64,000 bases of DNA from Calditrichales bacterium (GTDB taxonomy: Bacteria; Calditrichota; Calditrichia; Calditrichales; J004), in contig OZ254086.1 of NCBI GenBank assembly GCA_965267575.1, forward strand, positions 2,272,001 to 2,336,000, in the 5' to 3' direction. The notes under the pieces are model-generated. The model was not told the DNA's origin. It worked only from the letters and a program-made list of their open reading frames with translations, and did no database searches. A program made the translations under genes and the position numbers. Below, piece after piece: positions 1 to 9,365 of this stretch. Positions within the stretch are counted from its first letter, which is position 1. Every line of letters begins with the position of its first letter.

Positions 1-890
1 TGAAGCAACTGCTGGACAGCGGCACAGCCCCGGAATACGATAACGACAGATTTGTGGTCTGTCACGGCCACTACCGCAACCGCGGAGATTACGAAAAAGG
101 CCACATCCCCGGCGCCATCGAGCTGGACAGCCTGGCGCTGGAGAGTCCCGAAACCTGGAACCGCCGCACGCCCGAAGAGTTGAAGGCCGCGCTGGAAGCC
201 CACGGCATCACCCACGATACGACGGTGGTTCTGTATGGCCGCTTTTCCGCCCCCAACAACGATGATCCTTTTCCCGGCAGCGCCGCCGGCCACCTGGGCT
301 CGATACGCTGCGCCTTTATCATGCTTTACGCCGGGGTCAAAGATGTGCGCATCCTGAACGGCGGGCTGCAATCGTGGGAGGACGCCGGTTTTGAAATTAC
401 CACGAAGGAGACGGCCAAAAAGCCGGTGCCAGATTTTGGTGTTTCGATTCCGCAGCAGCCGGATTTGGCTGTGGACCTGGAAGAAGCAAAACAGATCACC
501 AAAGATCCCGACCGCAACTTGGTCAGTATGCGCAGCTGGCGCGAAATCATCGGTGAGGTGAGCGGGTATAATTACATAGAGAAGAAGGGCCGCATACCCG
601 GGTCGGTCTGGGGCGACAACGGCAGCGACGCCTACCACATGGAGAACTACCGCAACCTGGACCACACCATGCGCGAGTTTCATGAGACCGAGGAGAAGTG
701 GAAGAAGCTGGGCATCACACCGGACAAGCACAACGCCTTTTACTGCGGCACCGGCTGGCGGGGCAGCGAAGCCTTTTTCAACGCCTGGTTGATGGGCTGG
801 CCGCGCGTCTCCGTCTTCGACGGCGGCTGGTTCGAGTGGAGCAACAACAACCTGCCTTTTGAAACAGGCATCCCACCGGGACGTGAATAA
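1..890 (+). CDS. Multi-domain rhodanese/thiosulfate sulfurtransferase, YnjE-like (5' truncated by window)
   Basis: Frame open from nt 3; GHIPGA rhodanese signature, LNGGLQSW, GRIPGS, active-site loop YCGTGWR, FDGGWFEW. Confidence 0.9.
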   Translation, partial: KQLLDSGTAPEYDNDRFVVCHGHYRNRGDYEKGHIPGAIELDSLALESPETWNRRTPEELKAALEAHGITHDTTVVLYGRFSAPNNDDPFPGSAAGHLGSIRCAFIMLYAGVKDVRILNGGLQSWEDAGFEITTKETAKKPVPDFGVSIPQQPDLAVDLEEAKQITKDPDRNLVSMRSWREIIGEVSGYNYIEKKGRIPGSVWGDNGSDAYHMENYRNLDHTMREFHETEEKWKKLGITPDKHNAFYCGTGWRGSEAFFNAWLMGWPRVSVFDGGWFEWSNNNLPFETGIPPGRE

Positions 891-924
891 ATTACGAATT
901 AAGAATTACGAATTAGGAATTAAA
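890..924 (+). repeat. 7-bp tandem repeat (AATTACG/AATTAAG/AATTAGG) x5 directly after the stop codon
   Basis: aattacg aattaag aattacg aattagg aattaaa; related gaattag gaattcg gaatgag at 32921-32941. Confidence 0.85.
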
Positions 925-927
925 GAC

Positions 928-1056
928 TGTCATCTCGAATCCGCGAAGCGGTGAGAGATCCGGGGTTCGGATAGCTCCCGGATTTCTCATCCGGCCGCCG
1001 CCGAATTCGAAATGACATTTTCTGGGTCTGTCATCCCGGCCTGTGCGCCGGGATCT
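928..1056. repeat. TGTCAT...ATGACA palindromic REP-like unit (928-1017) plus half unit (1029-1056)
   Basis: tgtcatctcgaatccgcgaagcggtgagagatc...gatttctcatccgg...ttcgaaatgaca; near-identical inverted copy at 23846-23935. Confidence 0.9.
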
Positions 1057-1063
1057 CCCAATG

Positions 1064-1137
1064 CGACCACGATCACGGTCATGATCAAGAAAACATCAAG
1101 ACTTCAGGACGTCAAGACATCAAGACCACAAGACTTT
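1064..1137 (+). repeat. 6-mer tandem (GACCAC/GATCAC/GGTCAT/GATCAA) then 8-mer tandem CAAGACNN x5 upstream of sufS
   Basis: catcaaga cttcagga cgtcaaga catcaaga ccacaaga cttt, ending about 12 nt before ATG 1150. Confidence 0.85.
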
Positions 1138-1149
1138 AAAAGAGAAAAA

Positions 1150-2364
1150 ATGCTAGACATACAAAAAATAAGAAACGACTTCCCCATCCTGAGCAGGGAG
1201 GTGTACGGCAAGCCGCTGGTTTACCTGGACAACACGGCCACCACGCAGAAGCCGCGCCAGGTTATTGAGCGTGTGAACGCCTTTTACAGCGAAATCAACA
1301 GCAACATCCACCGCGGTGTGCACCATCTCAGCGAACAGTCCAGCCATGAATATGAAATGGCACGGGAAAAAGTACGAGGCTTCATCAACGCCGCCGATGT
1401 TTCGGAAATAATCTTCACAAAAGGCACCACGGAATCGATCAACCTGGTGGCGCATTCGTTTGGTGAGATGATGCTGCAGGCCGGCGACGAAGTGATTGTC
1501 AGTGAAATGGAGCACCACTCCAACATTGTGCCCTGGCAGCTGGTCTGTGAACGAAAACAGGCCACACTCAAAGTGCTGCCAATGGACGATGAAGGTACGT
1601 TGCAACTGGACGCGCTCAAAGAGCTGATCACGCCCAAAACAAAACTGCTGGCCGTCACCTGGGTTTCAAACACGCTGGGCTGTATCAACCCGGTAAAGGA
1701 GATCATAAAAATCGCCCACGGACGCAACGTGCCCGTGTTGCTCGACGCGGCGCAGGCCGTGCAGCATATCCCCGTAGATGTACAGGATTTGGATTGCGAC
1801 TTCCTCGCCTTTTCGGGGCACAAAATGTATGCCCATGCCGGCATCGGCGTGCTCTACGGCAATAAGCAGTTGCTGGAAGAGATGCCACCCTACCAGGGCG
1901 GCGGCGGCATGATCGATGAAGTGACGTTTGAAAAAACGACCTGGGCAAAACCACCGCTAAAGTTCGAAGCGGGGACAGTCAATTACCCGGGTGCCGTCAG
2001 TTTGGGCGCGGCCATCGACTACATCGGTGAGGCGGGCCTTGAAAATATTATGACGCACGAAACGCAGGTCTACGATTATGCCCGCGAACAATTGGCCAAA
2101 ATAGAGGGGCTGCGGCTTTACGGAAGCACAAAGGCCATGACCGGCGCCATCTCCTTTACACTGGACGGTGTGCATCATTATGACGCCGGCGTAGTGCTGG
2201 ACAAACTGGGCATTGCCGTACGCACCGGGCATCATTGCGCCCAGCCGCTGATGCGCCATTACGGCATCCAGGGGACGATGCGGGCCAGCTTTGGCATGTA
2301 CAATACAAAGCAGGAAGTGGACCGCCTGATCGAAGGAATCAACAAAGTGAGGCAGATGTTTTAG
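1150..2364 (+). CDS. sufS: Cysteine desulfurase, SufS family
   Basis: IRNDFPIL, VYLDNTATTQKP, NIHRGVH, EHHSN, FSGHKM (PLP Lys), RTGHHCAQP (catalytic Cys); start moved to MLDIQK because the upstream extension is repeat DNA. Confidence 0.95.
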   Translation: MLDIQKIRNDFPILSREVYGKPLVYLDNTATTQKPRQVIERVNAFYSEINSNIHRGVHHLSEQSSHEYEMAREKVRGFINAADVSEIIFTKGTTESINLVAHSFGEMMLQAGDEVIVSEMEHHSNIVPWQLVCERKQATLKVLPMDDEGTLQLDALKELITPKTKLLAVTWVSNTLGCINPVKEIIKIAHGRNVPVLLDAAQAVQHIPVDVQDLDCDFLAFSGHKMYAHAGIGVLYGNKQLLEEMPPYQGGGGMIDEVTFEKTTWAKPPLKFEAGTVNYPGAVSLGAAIDYIGEAGLENIMTHETQVYDYAREQLAKIEGLRLYGSTKAMTGAISFTLDGVHHYDAGVVLDKLGIAVRTGHHCAQPLMRHYGIQGTMRASFGMYNTKQEVDRLIEGINKVRQMF

Positions 2365-2366
2365 CC

Positions 2367-2783
2367 ATGACCATAAATGAAATCCAGGACAAAATTATTG
2401 AGGACTTTTCCAGGTTTGACGATTGGTTTGATACTTACGAAGAACTGATCCGACACGCCAAAGAGCTGGAGCAAATGGATGACGCCTTGAAAAATGATGA
2501 GCACTCAATAGCCGGCTGCCAGTCGCAGTTGTGGCTTTGCGGAAAGCTGCAGGAAGGCGGCATGAAGTATTGGGCCGACAGTGACACGATGATCACCAAG
2601 GGCATTGTGGCCCTGATCGTAAAAGCGCTGGAAAACCAATCCCCGACGGATATCGTTGAGGCCGATCTCTATTTTATTGACAAAATCGGCCTGGGCTCAA
2701 ACCTCTCTCCGGCGCGCTCCAACGGCATCACCGCCATGGTCAAAAAAGCCAAGGATGACGCCCGAAAAGCCCTGGCGCAGTAA
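2367..2783 (+). CDS. sufE: SufE-family sulfur acceptor protein
   Basis: IAGCQSQLW, ADSDTMITKG, LSPARSNG motifs; directly follows sufS. Confidence 0.93.
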   Translation: MTINEIQDKIIEDFSRFDDWFDTYEELIRHAKELEQMDDALKNDEHSIAGCQSQLWLCGKLQEGGMKYWADSDTMITKGIVALIVKALENQSPTDIVEADLYFIDKIGLGSNLSPARSNGITAMVKKAKDDARKALAQ

Positions 2784-2785
2784 GA

Positions 2786-3148
2786 CTATTCTCCCGGCGG
2801 CGACAGTTTTCTGTCCTCGCGGATTTCTCCGATGTGGTAGTAGGCCACGATCTCCGTGATCATATTATCCCGCACATAGTGCCATTCGCTCACATCAAGT
2901 TTAAAATCCCCCTGTATCGCCGTATAGCGCACACAGGCCCGGTTTGATTCATATAAAGCATCATGTATTTCAAAGCGGTGACCCAGGAATTTATCCTTGT
3001 TGGCTTTCACAAGATCGAGATAGGCCTTTTTACCGTTTATCGTGCCAAAGGGGCTGGTATGTTTAAAATCCTCCGCGATGGACAGATTTAAGAAATCGCC
3101 CTCTTCCCACTTTTCAAACCAACCGGAAACAACGTTTTTTGTATCCAT
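2786..3148 (-). CDS. SnoaL/NTF2-like protein
   Basis: 120 aa; W..GD..L..AEDF.H.SPFG...GK..Y pattern and C-terminal I.EI.AYY. Confidence 0.75.
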   Translation of the reverse strand: MDTKNVVSGWFEKWEEGDFLNLSIAEDFKHTSPFGTINGKKAYLDLVKANKDKFLGHRFEIHDALYESNRACVRYTAIQGDFKLDVSEWHYVRDNMITEIVAYYHIGEIREDRKLSPPGE

Positions 3149-3159
3149 TATCCGCGCCT

Positions 3160-3957
3160 TTAATTGAGGGTAACAGTTAAGGCAAAATTGAAACTGACCG
3201 AGCGTACGGCGTTTTTACCATAAAGGTCAACCGGCGCGGCCAACACGATGATGTAGTTTGAGCCCGTTTCAATGGTTACCCCCGGGTAGGCCGTAAGCAA
3301 AAAACTATCCGCGCCGCTATAGCTATGATGCTGATAGCCCAGACCGGCAACCGCCTGCAGCATGTGATCCAAAAAATAATATCCGGCATCCACGTTAAAA
3401 AACGTTGCCCCGTCATGGAGACTTTGTGGACGCTCCACGAAGCGCAGATGCTGCAGATTCACATCAATCGAAAATTTCTCATTCAGCGCGACAGAACCCA
3501 CAATACCCAGTCCGGCCTGGCCGGTGTTGTCTTCGGTCGCTGTTTCGGTGGAGCGTACACCGTTGCCCAGGGGGGTATTATAACCGGCCATTAGCGCAAA
3601 ACCATATGGCCCCTGCTCGAACACGATGTAACGCATACCAAAGCTGATGGCGGACATATTTGTTGGGGCGGCCAGCCCGATTTCCATTTGGTCAAAAAGG
3701 CCATAGGTAAAGCGAAAATACTTTTCCGACTCGACACTTACACTATCGCCATTGGCGTAAAGGTCGGTCAACTCGTTATCGCCGTTCCAGTATTTGCTTT
3801 GGTAGCAAAATGCGAAGCCCGGCTCAAACTCCAGTTTGTGGTGTCCCACCACGCCAACGCTCACAGCGCTCAACTTGGAGCCGGAAATGCCGCCAATTTG
3901 CGCGTTGGCAAAGGTGAAGAAGAAAAAACATAACAGAACTTTGAAAGAAGATTTCAT
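3160..3957 (-). CDS. Hypothetical outer-membrane beta-barrel/transporter-like protein
   Basis: Signal peptide (ANA-Q), alternating amphipathic strands, AAGGAG RBS. Confidence 0.6.
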   Translation of the reverse strand: MKSSFKVLLCFFFFTFANAQIGGISGSKLSAVSVGVVGHHKLEFEPGFAFCYQSKYWNGDNELTDLYANGDSVSVESEKYFRFTYGLFDQMEIGLAAPTNMSAISFGMRYIVFEQGPYGFALMAGYNTPLGNGVRSTETATEDNTGQAGLGIVGSVALNEKFSIDVNLQHLRFVERPQSLHDGATFFNVDAGYYFLDHMLQAVAGLGYQHHSYSGADSFLLTAYPGVTIETGSNYIIVLAAPVDLYGKNAVRSVSFNFALTVTLN

Positions 3958-4101
3958 TGCGGGGATCTCCTTAAGTTTATGAATTATACTTTTGAGTTTG
4001 ATTCTGCAAAAACCGGGGTAGATGAAACATCCCGGTATCAGTAAGCAAAATAAACCAGAAAATTATATATGTCTAATAAAATAGTAGGAGAGTATAATAA
4101 A

Positions 4102-4797
4102 TTATTTCTGTGTACTCAAGATTTCATAAACTTTTTGTGCGGTGGCTTTGGCCGAAAAGGGATTCTGGCCTGTAATAAGATTGCCATCTACCTGTACGTA
4201 AGGCATAAACGGCAGCAGCGCTTTGCGGTAGTCGGCGCCGCGCTCTTTGATCAGCTTTTCGATGTTGTAGGGTACGTGTTTGGCCACGCCCGCGGCAATC
4301 TCCTCCAGCCAGGAGTAGCCGGTCAGCCGTTTGCCCTGCACCAGGTGGCTGCCGTCGGAGAGACGCACATTGGGCAGCGCGCAATAACCGTGACACACCG
4401 CGGAAACAATCTTGCCGGACTCGTAAAACGTGCGGGTAAGCTGTTGCAGCTTTTCATCGTCAGGGAAATCCCACATCACGCCGTGGCCGCCGCAAAAATA
4501 GATGGCGTCGTACGCGGCAGGATCCACATCATCAATCGTCCTGGTATCCTGCAGCAGGGACATAAAGCTATTGTCTTCAAAACGCGCGCGGGTACTTTTA
4601 TCCATGGCAAAAAGGCCTAGCGAGCGCGGGTCCGGAGGCGAAGGTCCGCCTTTGGGACTGGCGATATCCTGCTCAAAGCCGTGTTTTTCAAACAGATCGT
4701 AAAAGTGGGTCAGCTCGCTCAACCAATAGCCGGTGGGTTTGTCCGTCTTGTCGTACGAATCCACGTTGGTTACGATGATCAAAAGACGGTTTTTCAT
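4102..4797 (-). CDS. DJ-1/PfpI (Hsp31-like) type 1 glutamine amidotransferase-domain protein
   Basis: TGYWLSEL, ASPKGG, GGHGVMWDF, SAVCHG, ITGQNPFS. Confidence 0.92.
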   Translation of the reverse strand: MKNRLLIIVTNVDSYDKTDKPTGYWLSELTHFYDLFEKHGFEQDIASPKGGPSPPDPRSLGLFAMDKSTRARFEDNSFMSLLQDTRTIDDVDPAAYDAIYFCGGHGVMWDFPDDEKLQQLTRTFYESGKIVSAVCHGYCALPNVRLSDGSHLVQGKRLTGYSWLEEIAAGVAKHVPYNIEKLIKERGADYRKALLPFMPYVQVDGNLITGQNPFSAKATAQKVYEILSTQK

Positions 4798-5768
4798 CCA
4801 TGCCTCTTTTCAGACAGGTCCAGTATGACGTTGCCGATTTTTTGCTCCGTCAGCACATATTCGTAGGCGTCCTGAACCTCTTCCAACGGGTAGTGTCTGT
4901 CGATAAGCGGTTTGAACCGGCCCTCCTCAAACAGCTCTTTTACAAACAGCAGGCTGCGTATGATATTGTTGGGAAAGGGAAAAACAACGCGCTTGCCACC
5001 GCCGAGTTTTGTCGTCAAAGGGCGCCAGGTGTTCTCGCCACGCGGCCCCAGCTCGGACGACATGTAAATGCCGTTTTCTTTCAGCAAACCTTTGCAGGCG
5101 CCAAAACTGCTTTTGCCCACAGCATCAAAAACAAAATCGTAACGCTCGGGATCTTTTGTGAAGTCGTCTTTCTCATAATCTATTGTTCTGTCCGCGCCGA
5201 GAGCTTCTACCTTTTTCGCATGCTCGCCTTTGCAGGTGGCGTTTACATACAGGCCGTGGTATTTAAGCATCTGGATAAGCGCCGAGCCGATGGCTGACGT
5301 GCCTCCGTTTACCAGCGCCGTTTGTCCGGGCTTGAGTGTCACTTTATTGATAAAATTGTAGGCGTAATGGGCGGCCTCGGCGCAGGCGGCGGCTTTGGGA
5401 AAGGTGGCTCTTTTGGGCCACTCTACAGCTTTGTCCGTTGCGATGGTCAGGTATTCGGCGTGTGAGGCCAGGCCGTTGTCATTAAAGCCCCACACCCTGT
5501 CGCCCACCTGCCAGGTCGTGACGTTTTTGCCGATCACCTCGACTACACCGGCGAAGTCTGTTCCCAGGACCGGCTGCCGGGGTTTTGTCAAACCATGCAT
5601 CAGGCGCATCACAGCCGGTTTGCCCTGCAGAATGGCGCAATCGGTGCGGTTGACGGTGGCCGCATGTACGCGTACTAAAATTTCTTTGGATCGTGGAACA
5701 GGTACATTGATCTCTTTTATGGTAATAACTTCTGGTGAACCGTATTGGGTTCTGCTTGCGGTTTTCAT
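4794..5768 (-). CDS. NAD(P)-dependent alcohol dehydrogenase/quinone oxidoreductase (MDR family)
   Basis: ATVNRTD, LGTDFAGVV, NGGTSAIGS, VFDAVGK, C-terminal KIGNVIL. Confidence 0.9.
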   Translation of the reverse strand: MKTASRTQYGSPEVITIKEINVPVPRSKEILVRVHAATVNRTDCAILQGKPAVMRLMHGLTKPRQPVLGTDFAGVVEVIGKNVTTWQVGDRVWGFNDNGLASHAEYLTIATDKAVEWPKRATFPKAAACAEAAHYAYNFINKVTLKPGQTALVNGGTSAIGSALIQMLKYHGLYVNATCKGEHAKKVEALGADRTIDYEKDDFTKDPERYDFVFDAVGKSSFGACKGLLKENGIYMSSELGPRGENTWRPLTTKLGGGKRVVFPFPNNIIRSLLFVKELFEEGRFKPLIDRHYPLEEVQDAYEYVLTEQKIGNVILDLSEKRHG

Positions 5769-5880
5769 GCTTTCCTCGTAAAAATGTGAGTTACCAGTTA
5801 TTTACAAGTAAGCGCAATGAGAAGCAAAAGTTATCGCTTTGACCGGGGAGGTCATCGGCGGGTAAATGCAATCGCCAAAC

Positions 5881-5908
5881 AAAAAAGGCCTGACAAGCAG
5901 GCCCTTTT
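5881..5908 (-). terminator. Intrinsic terminator after the cupin gene
   Basis: Minus strand ggcctg-cttgt-caggcc hairpin followed by TTTTTT. Confidence 0.7.
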
Positions 5909-5929
5909 ATATACATGTGATAGATGCCG

Positions 5930-6274
5930 TTATTCCGCGCGCGAAACAATGTACAGGTAGCGCAGCGGCTCCTCATTCATGTTGTGGACGTTGTGTTGCG
6001 TCTGCGGTGGAATATAGGCAACGCAGCCTTTATGTATTTTTTGCCGGCCCTGTCCTTCAATCTCCACCTCGCCATGTCCCTGCAGGACAACCAGCATTTC
6101 TTCGTGATCGTGCGTGCTGTGTTCTCCCACTTCTGCGCCAGATTCCAGTGTTACGAAACCCGAACGCATACGCGCGCTTTGCGGCGGCTTTATAATCGGG
6201 TGATAGGAGAGATCTTCCGTTGGCAGCTCTTTAATAAAAGGCAGCAATTCAACTTTTTCCAGATCATCAAGCAT
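5930..6274 (-). CDS. Cupin-2 domain protein
   Basis: GEHST.DHEEMLVVLQG.G and YIPPQTQHNVHN cupin motifs. Confidence 0.88.
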   Translation of the reverse strand: MLDDLEKVELLPFIKELPTEDLSYHPIIKPPQSARMRSGFVTLESGAEVGEHSTHDHEEMLVVLQGHGEVEIEGQGRQKIHKGCVAYIPPQTQHNVHNMNEEPLRYLYIVSRAE

Positions 6275-6827
6275 CCGTGCCGCCTTTCACGTTTTCGTTG
6301 CCACGCTCGCGGTCAATCCACCAGCGGGCGACAAACGGCAACAAAGCGATCTGCAGAAGGCCGGCTATGATGCCCGGTGTTAATGCGCTCAGCAAATAGC
6401 CCGCGTCAGACAGCCACAAAGCGCCCGCAAAAAGCAACCTTCCAGCCAGCAAAGCTATGGCAATGGAAACAAAAGGATTCAGCCTAAACACTTCACGCAG
6501 CAGACCGGTCAGCAGGCCATAGGCGATCAGCTCCATGGTCATGGCCGGCAAAATGGCCGGCAGCGGCAATCCCGAAAGCAGGTAGCTGACAACCGGGGCC
6601 AGAGCGCCGGTGATAAGCCCCGAACGCCATCCGTAAACCAGGCCGGCAAGAATAACCGGCCAGTGCATCGGCAAAAGCACACGCACGGAGGCACCGGACA
6701 AATGCGCGACAAGAGGCAGAATAACCGCAGCTGCAATCAGGCTAAGTTGAAAAATAAACGCCCGTGAACCCGTTAGCGACAGGGTGGGCCTGTTCAGAGT
6801 AATGGCAGATCTGTTGAGGGTAGACAT
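6267..6827 (-). CDS. ECF transporter S-component
   Basis: LLPMHWPVILAGLVYGW..G...G..AP..S.L.SG.P, M..EL..YG, GR motif; about 5-6 TM segments; AAGGAG before ATG 6827. Confidence 0.85.
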   Translation of the reverse strand: MSTLNRSAITLNRPTLSLTGSRAFIFQLSLIAAAVILPLVAHLSGASVRVLLPMHWPVILAGLVYGWRSGLITGALAPVVSYLLSGLPLPAILPAMTMELIAYGLLTGLLREVFRLNPFVSIAIALLAGRLLFAGALWLSDAGYLLSALTPGIIAGLLQIALLPFVARWWIDRERGNENVKGGTDA

Positions 6828-6936
6828 CGTAATGCTCCTTACTGTTGGCGGCAGAATATATGCCTTGGCTATAAACGATCGTTTTGCGCGCTGGCGTGGG
6901 CAGGTCGCATACAACAATCGTAGGTTTTCTATGCTA

Positions 6937-6966
6937 ATTATAGCAATAGTTTATAACAGCAGGCAA
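6937..6966 (-). promoter_or_regulatory. Putative sigma70 promoter for the ECF-S/cupin pair
   Basis: Minus strand TTGCCT-18 nt-TATAAT with extended -10 TG. Confidence 0.5.
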
Positions 6967-7015
6967 CAGAATAATACGTCTTTTTAGGCCTTGATTACGT
7001 TTTTTTAACCTCTAT

Positions 7016-7971
7016 TTATCTCCGAGTACTAATTACAAAAGCGGGAGCCTGGTTATATTGGTATGTTGTGTCAGTCAGCATTTGCATCTCCTTTGTCTGC
7101 CAGTTCATAAGCGCGATGTCATAGCGTTTGGGTTCGTCCGGGCTAGAAACACCAATAGCCAGCCATTTGCCGTCCGGGCTCCAGTCGTGCCAGCTTTCGC
7201 TCAGGGGAGTGTCGGTCAGCTTCCATTGCCTGGTGCCATCGGGTGTTACCGCGTAAAGACTGTATTTGTCGTTCTGAAAACTCTGGTAGCTGATGAAGTT
7301 TTAGTGGGGTGCCAGCGCGGTGGCCCCGCGTGGTAGGCATACCACGCGGCAGTTGTGTCATCGGCCGGGTACTGGGTCAGCTGTCGCAGTTCACTGCCAT
7401 CGGCGTTCATGATGTACAGCTCATCGATGTAGCCCGTGTCTTTTTTGAACGGTTTACTTGCCCCGCGAAAAACAATCTGCTTTCCATCGGGTGAAAAAAC
7501 CGGGTCGTTAAAATAAGCCAGCCCGGGATTGATCTTGTCCAATAAGGTGCCTTTGCGGTCTATAATATAAAAAGCCGTATCCACGCTGCCATGGACGTTT
7601 ACAATAATTTCACTTCCGCCATAACGGCTGCCCATCCAACTGTCCCGCAGACGTACATCACTTATTTTGCGGATGTTACTACCGTCGGTCTCCATTTCAT
7701 ATAGGAAGTAATTGCGGTGGCTCGTATCGCGGTCACTGATAAAAAGCACCTTGTCGTTCACGCAGAGGTACGTCCAGGCCACATCCTGATGGTTGGTAAT
7801 GTTGCTTGCAGACGTGCCATCAAGATGTTTCACAAACACATCGTAGTCGTCCTTTTCCGCGTCAACGAGTACGTTGTAGGCAATTGCGTATTCGAGCGCA
7901 GGTTGCTGCGTGCAAAACAAAATGGTGACAGCTATAAAAAGGCCAATAATGGTATAAAGAGTTTTATTCAT
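7016..7971 (-). pseudogene. TolB-like PD40/WD40 beta-propeller lipoprotein with a frameshift near 7300 (pseudogene or sequencing error)
   Basis: PVFSPDGKQIVF in the first frame; after ...PRWHPT the alternate frame continues NFISYQS...HDWSPDGKWLAI...QAPAFVISTRR* to TAA at 7016. Confidence 0.8.
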
Positions 7972-8029
7972 GTGTACCCCTCCTTCGTGTTTTCTCGCGG
8001 GTTAGGCCCAAATAGCATCAGCTGCCGGC

Positions 8030-8437
8030 TTAGCGCCAAACACCCAGGACAAAGCCAATAACGGAAAAATAAATAACGATGTAGCCGCCGTTGATAAAAA
8101 TGTACTTCCAGCTTTTTTGCTCAAACAACGCGATGATAGTGAAAACCGCCGCGGCCCATCCAAAGCCGGCCAAAAATCCTGCTGCCAGACCCCACTGCCA
8201 GTTCGTGTTGGCGTCCCCTAGAAAAAAGGCCAGGTTGTAAGAGATAAGCAGCGAGAGTATAACTGAGATACCATAAGTCTTTGCCGGATTCGATTGCTGA
8301 ACCTGTTCATCTGTTAGCTTGTTCTCCGTTTTCCAGGCGTTATAAAAAAGAGCGGGGGAGTACCAGAGCGCGCCCAGTACCAGGTTAAAGATCGCGCAAA
8401 CAAAAACCGCCCAATGGTTGAGATAGATGTTCTCCAT
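8030..8437 (-). CDS. DUF1761-family membrane protein
   Basis: N.WAV....F...LGALWYSP.LF..AW and C-terminal INGGY; 4 TM segments; AGGAG RBS. Confidence 0.85.
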   Translation of the reverse strand: MENIYLNHWAVFVCAIFNLVLGALWYSPALFYNAWKTENKLTDEQVQQSNPAKTYGISVILSLLISYNLAFFLGDANTNWQWGLAAGFLAGFGWAAAVFTIIALFEQKSWKYIFINGGYIVIYFSVIGFVLGVWR

Positions 8438-8506
8438 AGCTTCTCCTTTCGCGTGATGTGAACGGTCCAAATTGCCTAAAGGAGAAAACTATTTATAGGA
8501 AAAAAT

Positions 8507-9334
8507 TTACCTACCGACCGCCTGCGGGATATAGTTTATGATTGGGCCTTTTTGTTGCACATACAGTTTGGGTGTGTAGCCGGAAAAAGTTTTAAAGTCG
8601 GCAATAAAATGGGATTGATCGTAGTAGCCGCAGTCAAGGGCCACCGAGGCCCAGTCAATGGCAGGCTGCCGTTCAATATGTTCTACAGCTTTTTGAAAAC
8701 GCATCACCTTCAGGAATTCCTTGGGGGTAACGCCGATGTGCTTTTTAAACAATGCGATGATGTGTTTGTGCGAATAGCCGGTTTGCCTCGTTACCGCGGC
8801 GATAGTTGTTGTGTTGGGGAGGGCCGCGATATTCGAAACAGCAAAGTCGATAAAGGGGTTTTCGCGCAGACGGTTTTGGTAGAACTTTCGCAATTTTTCT
8901 TCAAGGACACACAGTTTGGCCGTGGGTGTGTCTGCCTCCTGCAGAGCATACCTTATCTCCATAATCTCCGCTTTTACAACCAGTTCCGCGTCAACTACGG
9001 TATTTGTTAGGGCATGCATGGGCGCGTTAAGAAAGGGCAGCGCTTTGCCTTTTTTAAACTGCACAACCACCATTTCGCTTTCGCGCCCGGATGGTATTGT
9101 TATAGGTTCGGTACGGAAACCGGCAAACCAGACGCTTTTACATGTCTGCTTTTCTTTGAGCGTTTCGTTATCGTAAATGTGTTTTGGCCTTTCAGTGAGT
9201 TCAAAAATGATCTGCACATCGCCATCGGGCAGCAGCCGTTCTACTTCGTGTTCAGGATGGTAGCCGGTGTAGTAAAAAAAATGGCTGATAAAGCCGTTCA
9301 GCGGAAAGTCCGGGATGTGAATTTTGCTGATCAA
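8507..9334 (-). CDS. AraC-family transcriptional regulator
   Basis: N-terminal ERLLPDG domain; C-terminal FKKHIGVTPK...GYYDQSHFIADFK.FSG.TP. Confidence 0.93.
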   Translation of the reverse strand: MISKIHIPDFPLNGFISHFFYYTGYHPEHEVERLLPDGDVQIIFELTERPKHIYDNETLKEKQTCKSVWFAGFRTEPITIPSGRESEMVVVQFKKGKALPFLNAPMHALTNTVVDAELVVKAEIMEIRYALQEADTPTAKLCVLEEKLRKFYQNRLRENPFIDFAVSNIAALPNTTTIAAVTRQTGYSHKHIIALFKKHIGVTPKEFLKVMRFQKAVEHIERQPAIDWASVALDCGYYDQSHFIADFKTFSGYTPKLYVQQKGPIINYIPQAVGR

Positions 9335-9365
9335 ACGAGGCGCCTCTTAAAGGTACATGTTGGTT

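Noticed and set aside
890-1137. Tandem and palindromic repeats as a possible CRISPR array
   Set aside because: No constant 23-47 bp repeat with unique equal-length spacers, and no cas genes
1012-1149. 46-aa N-terminal extension of SufS in the ORF track
   Set aside because: It is a translation of the intergenic repeat; family similarity starts at ATG 1150
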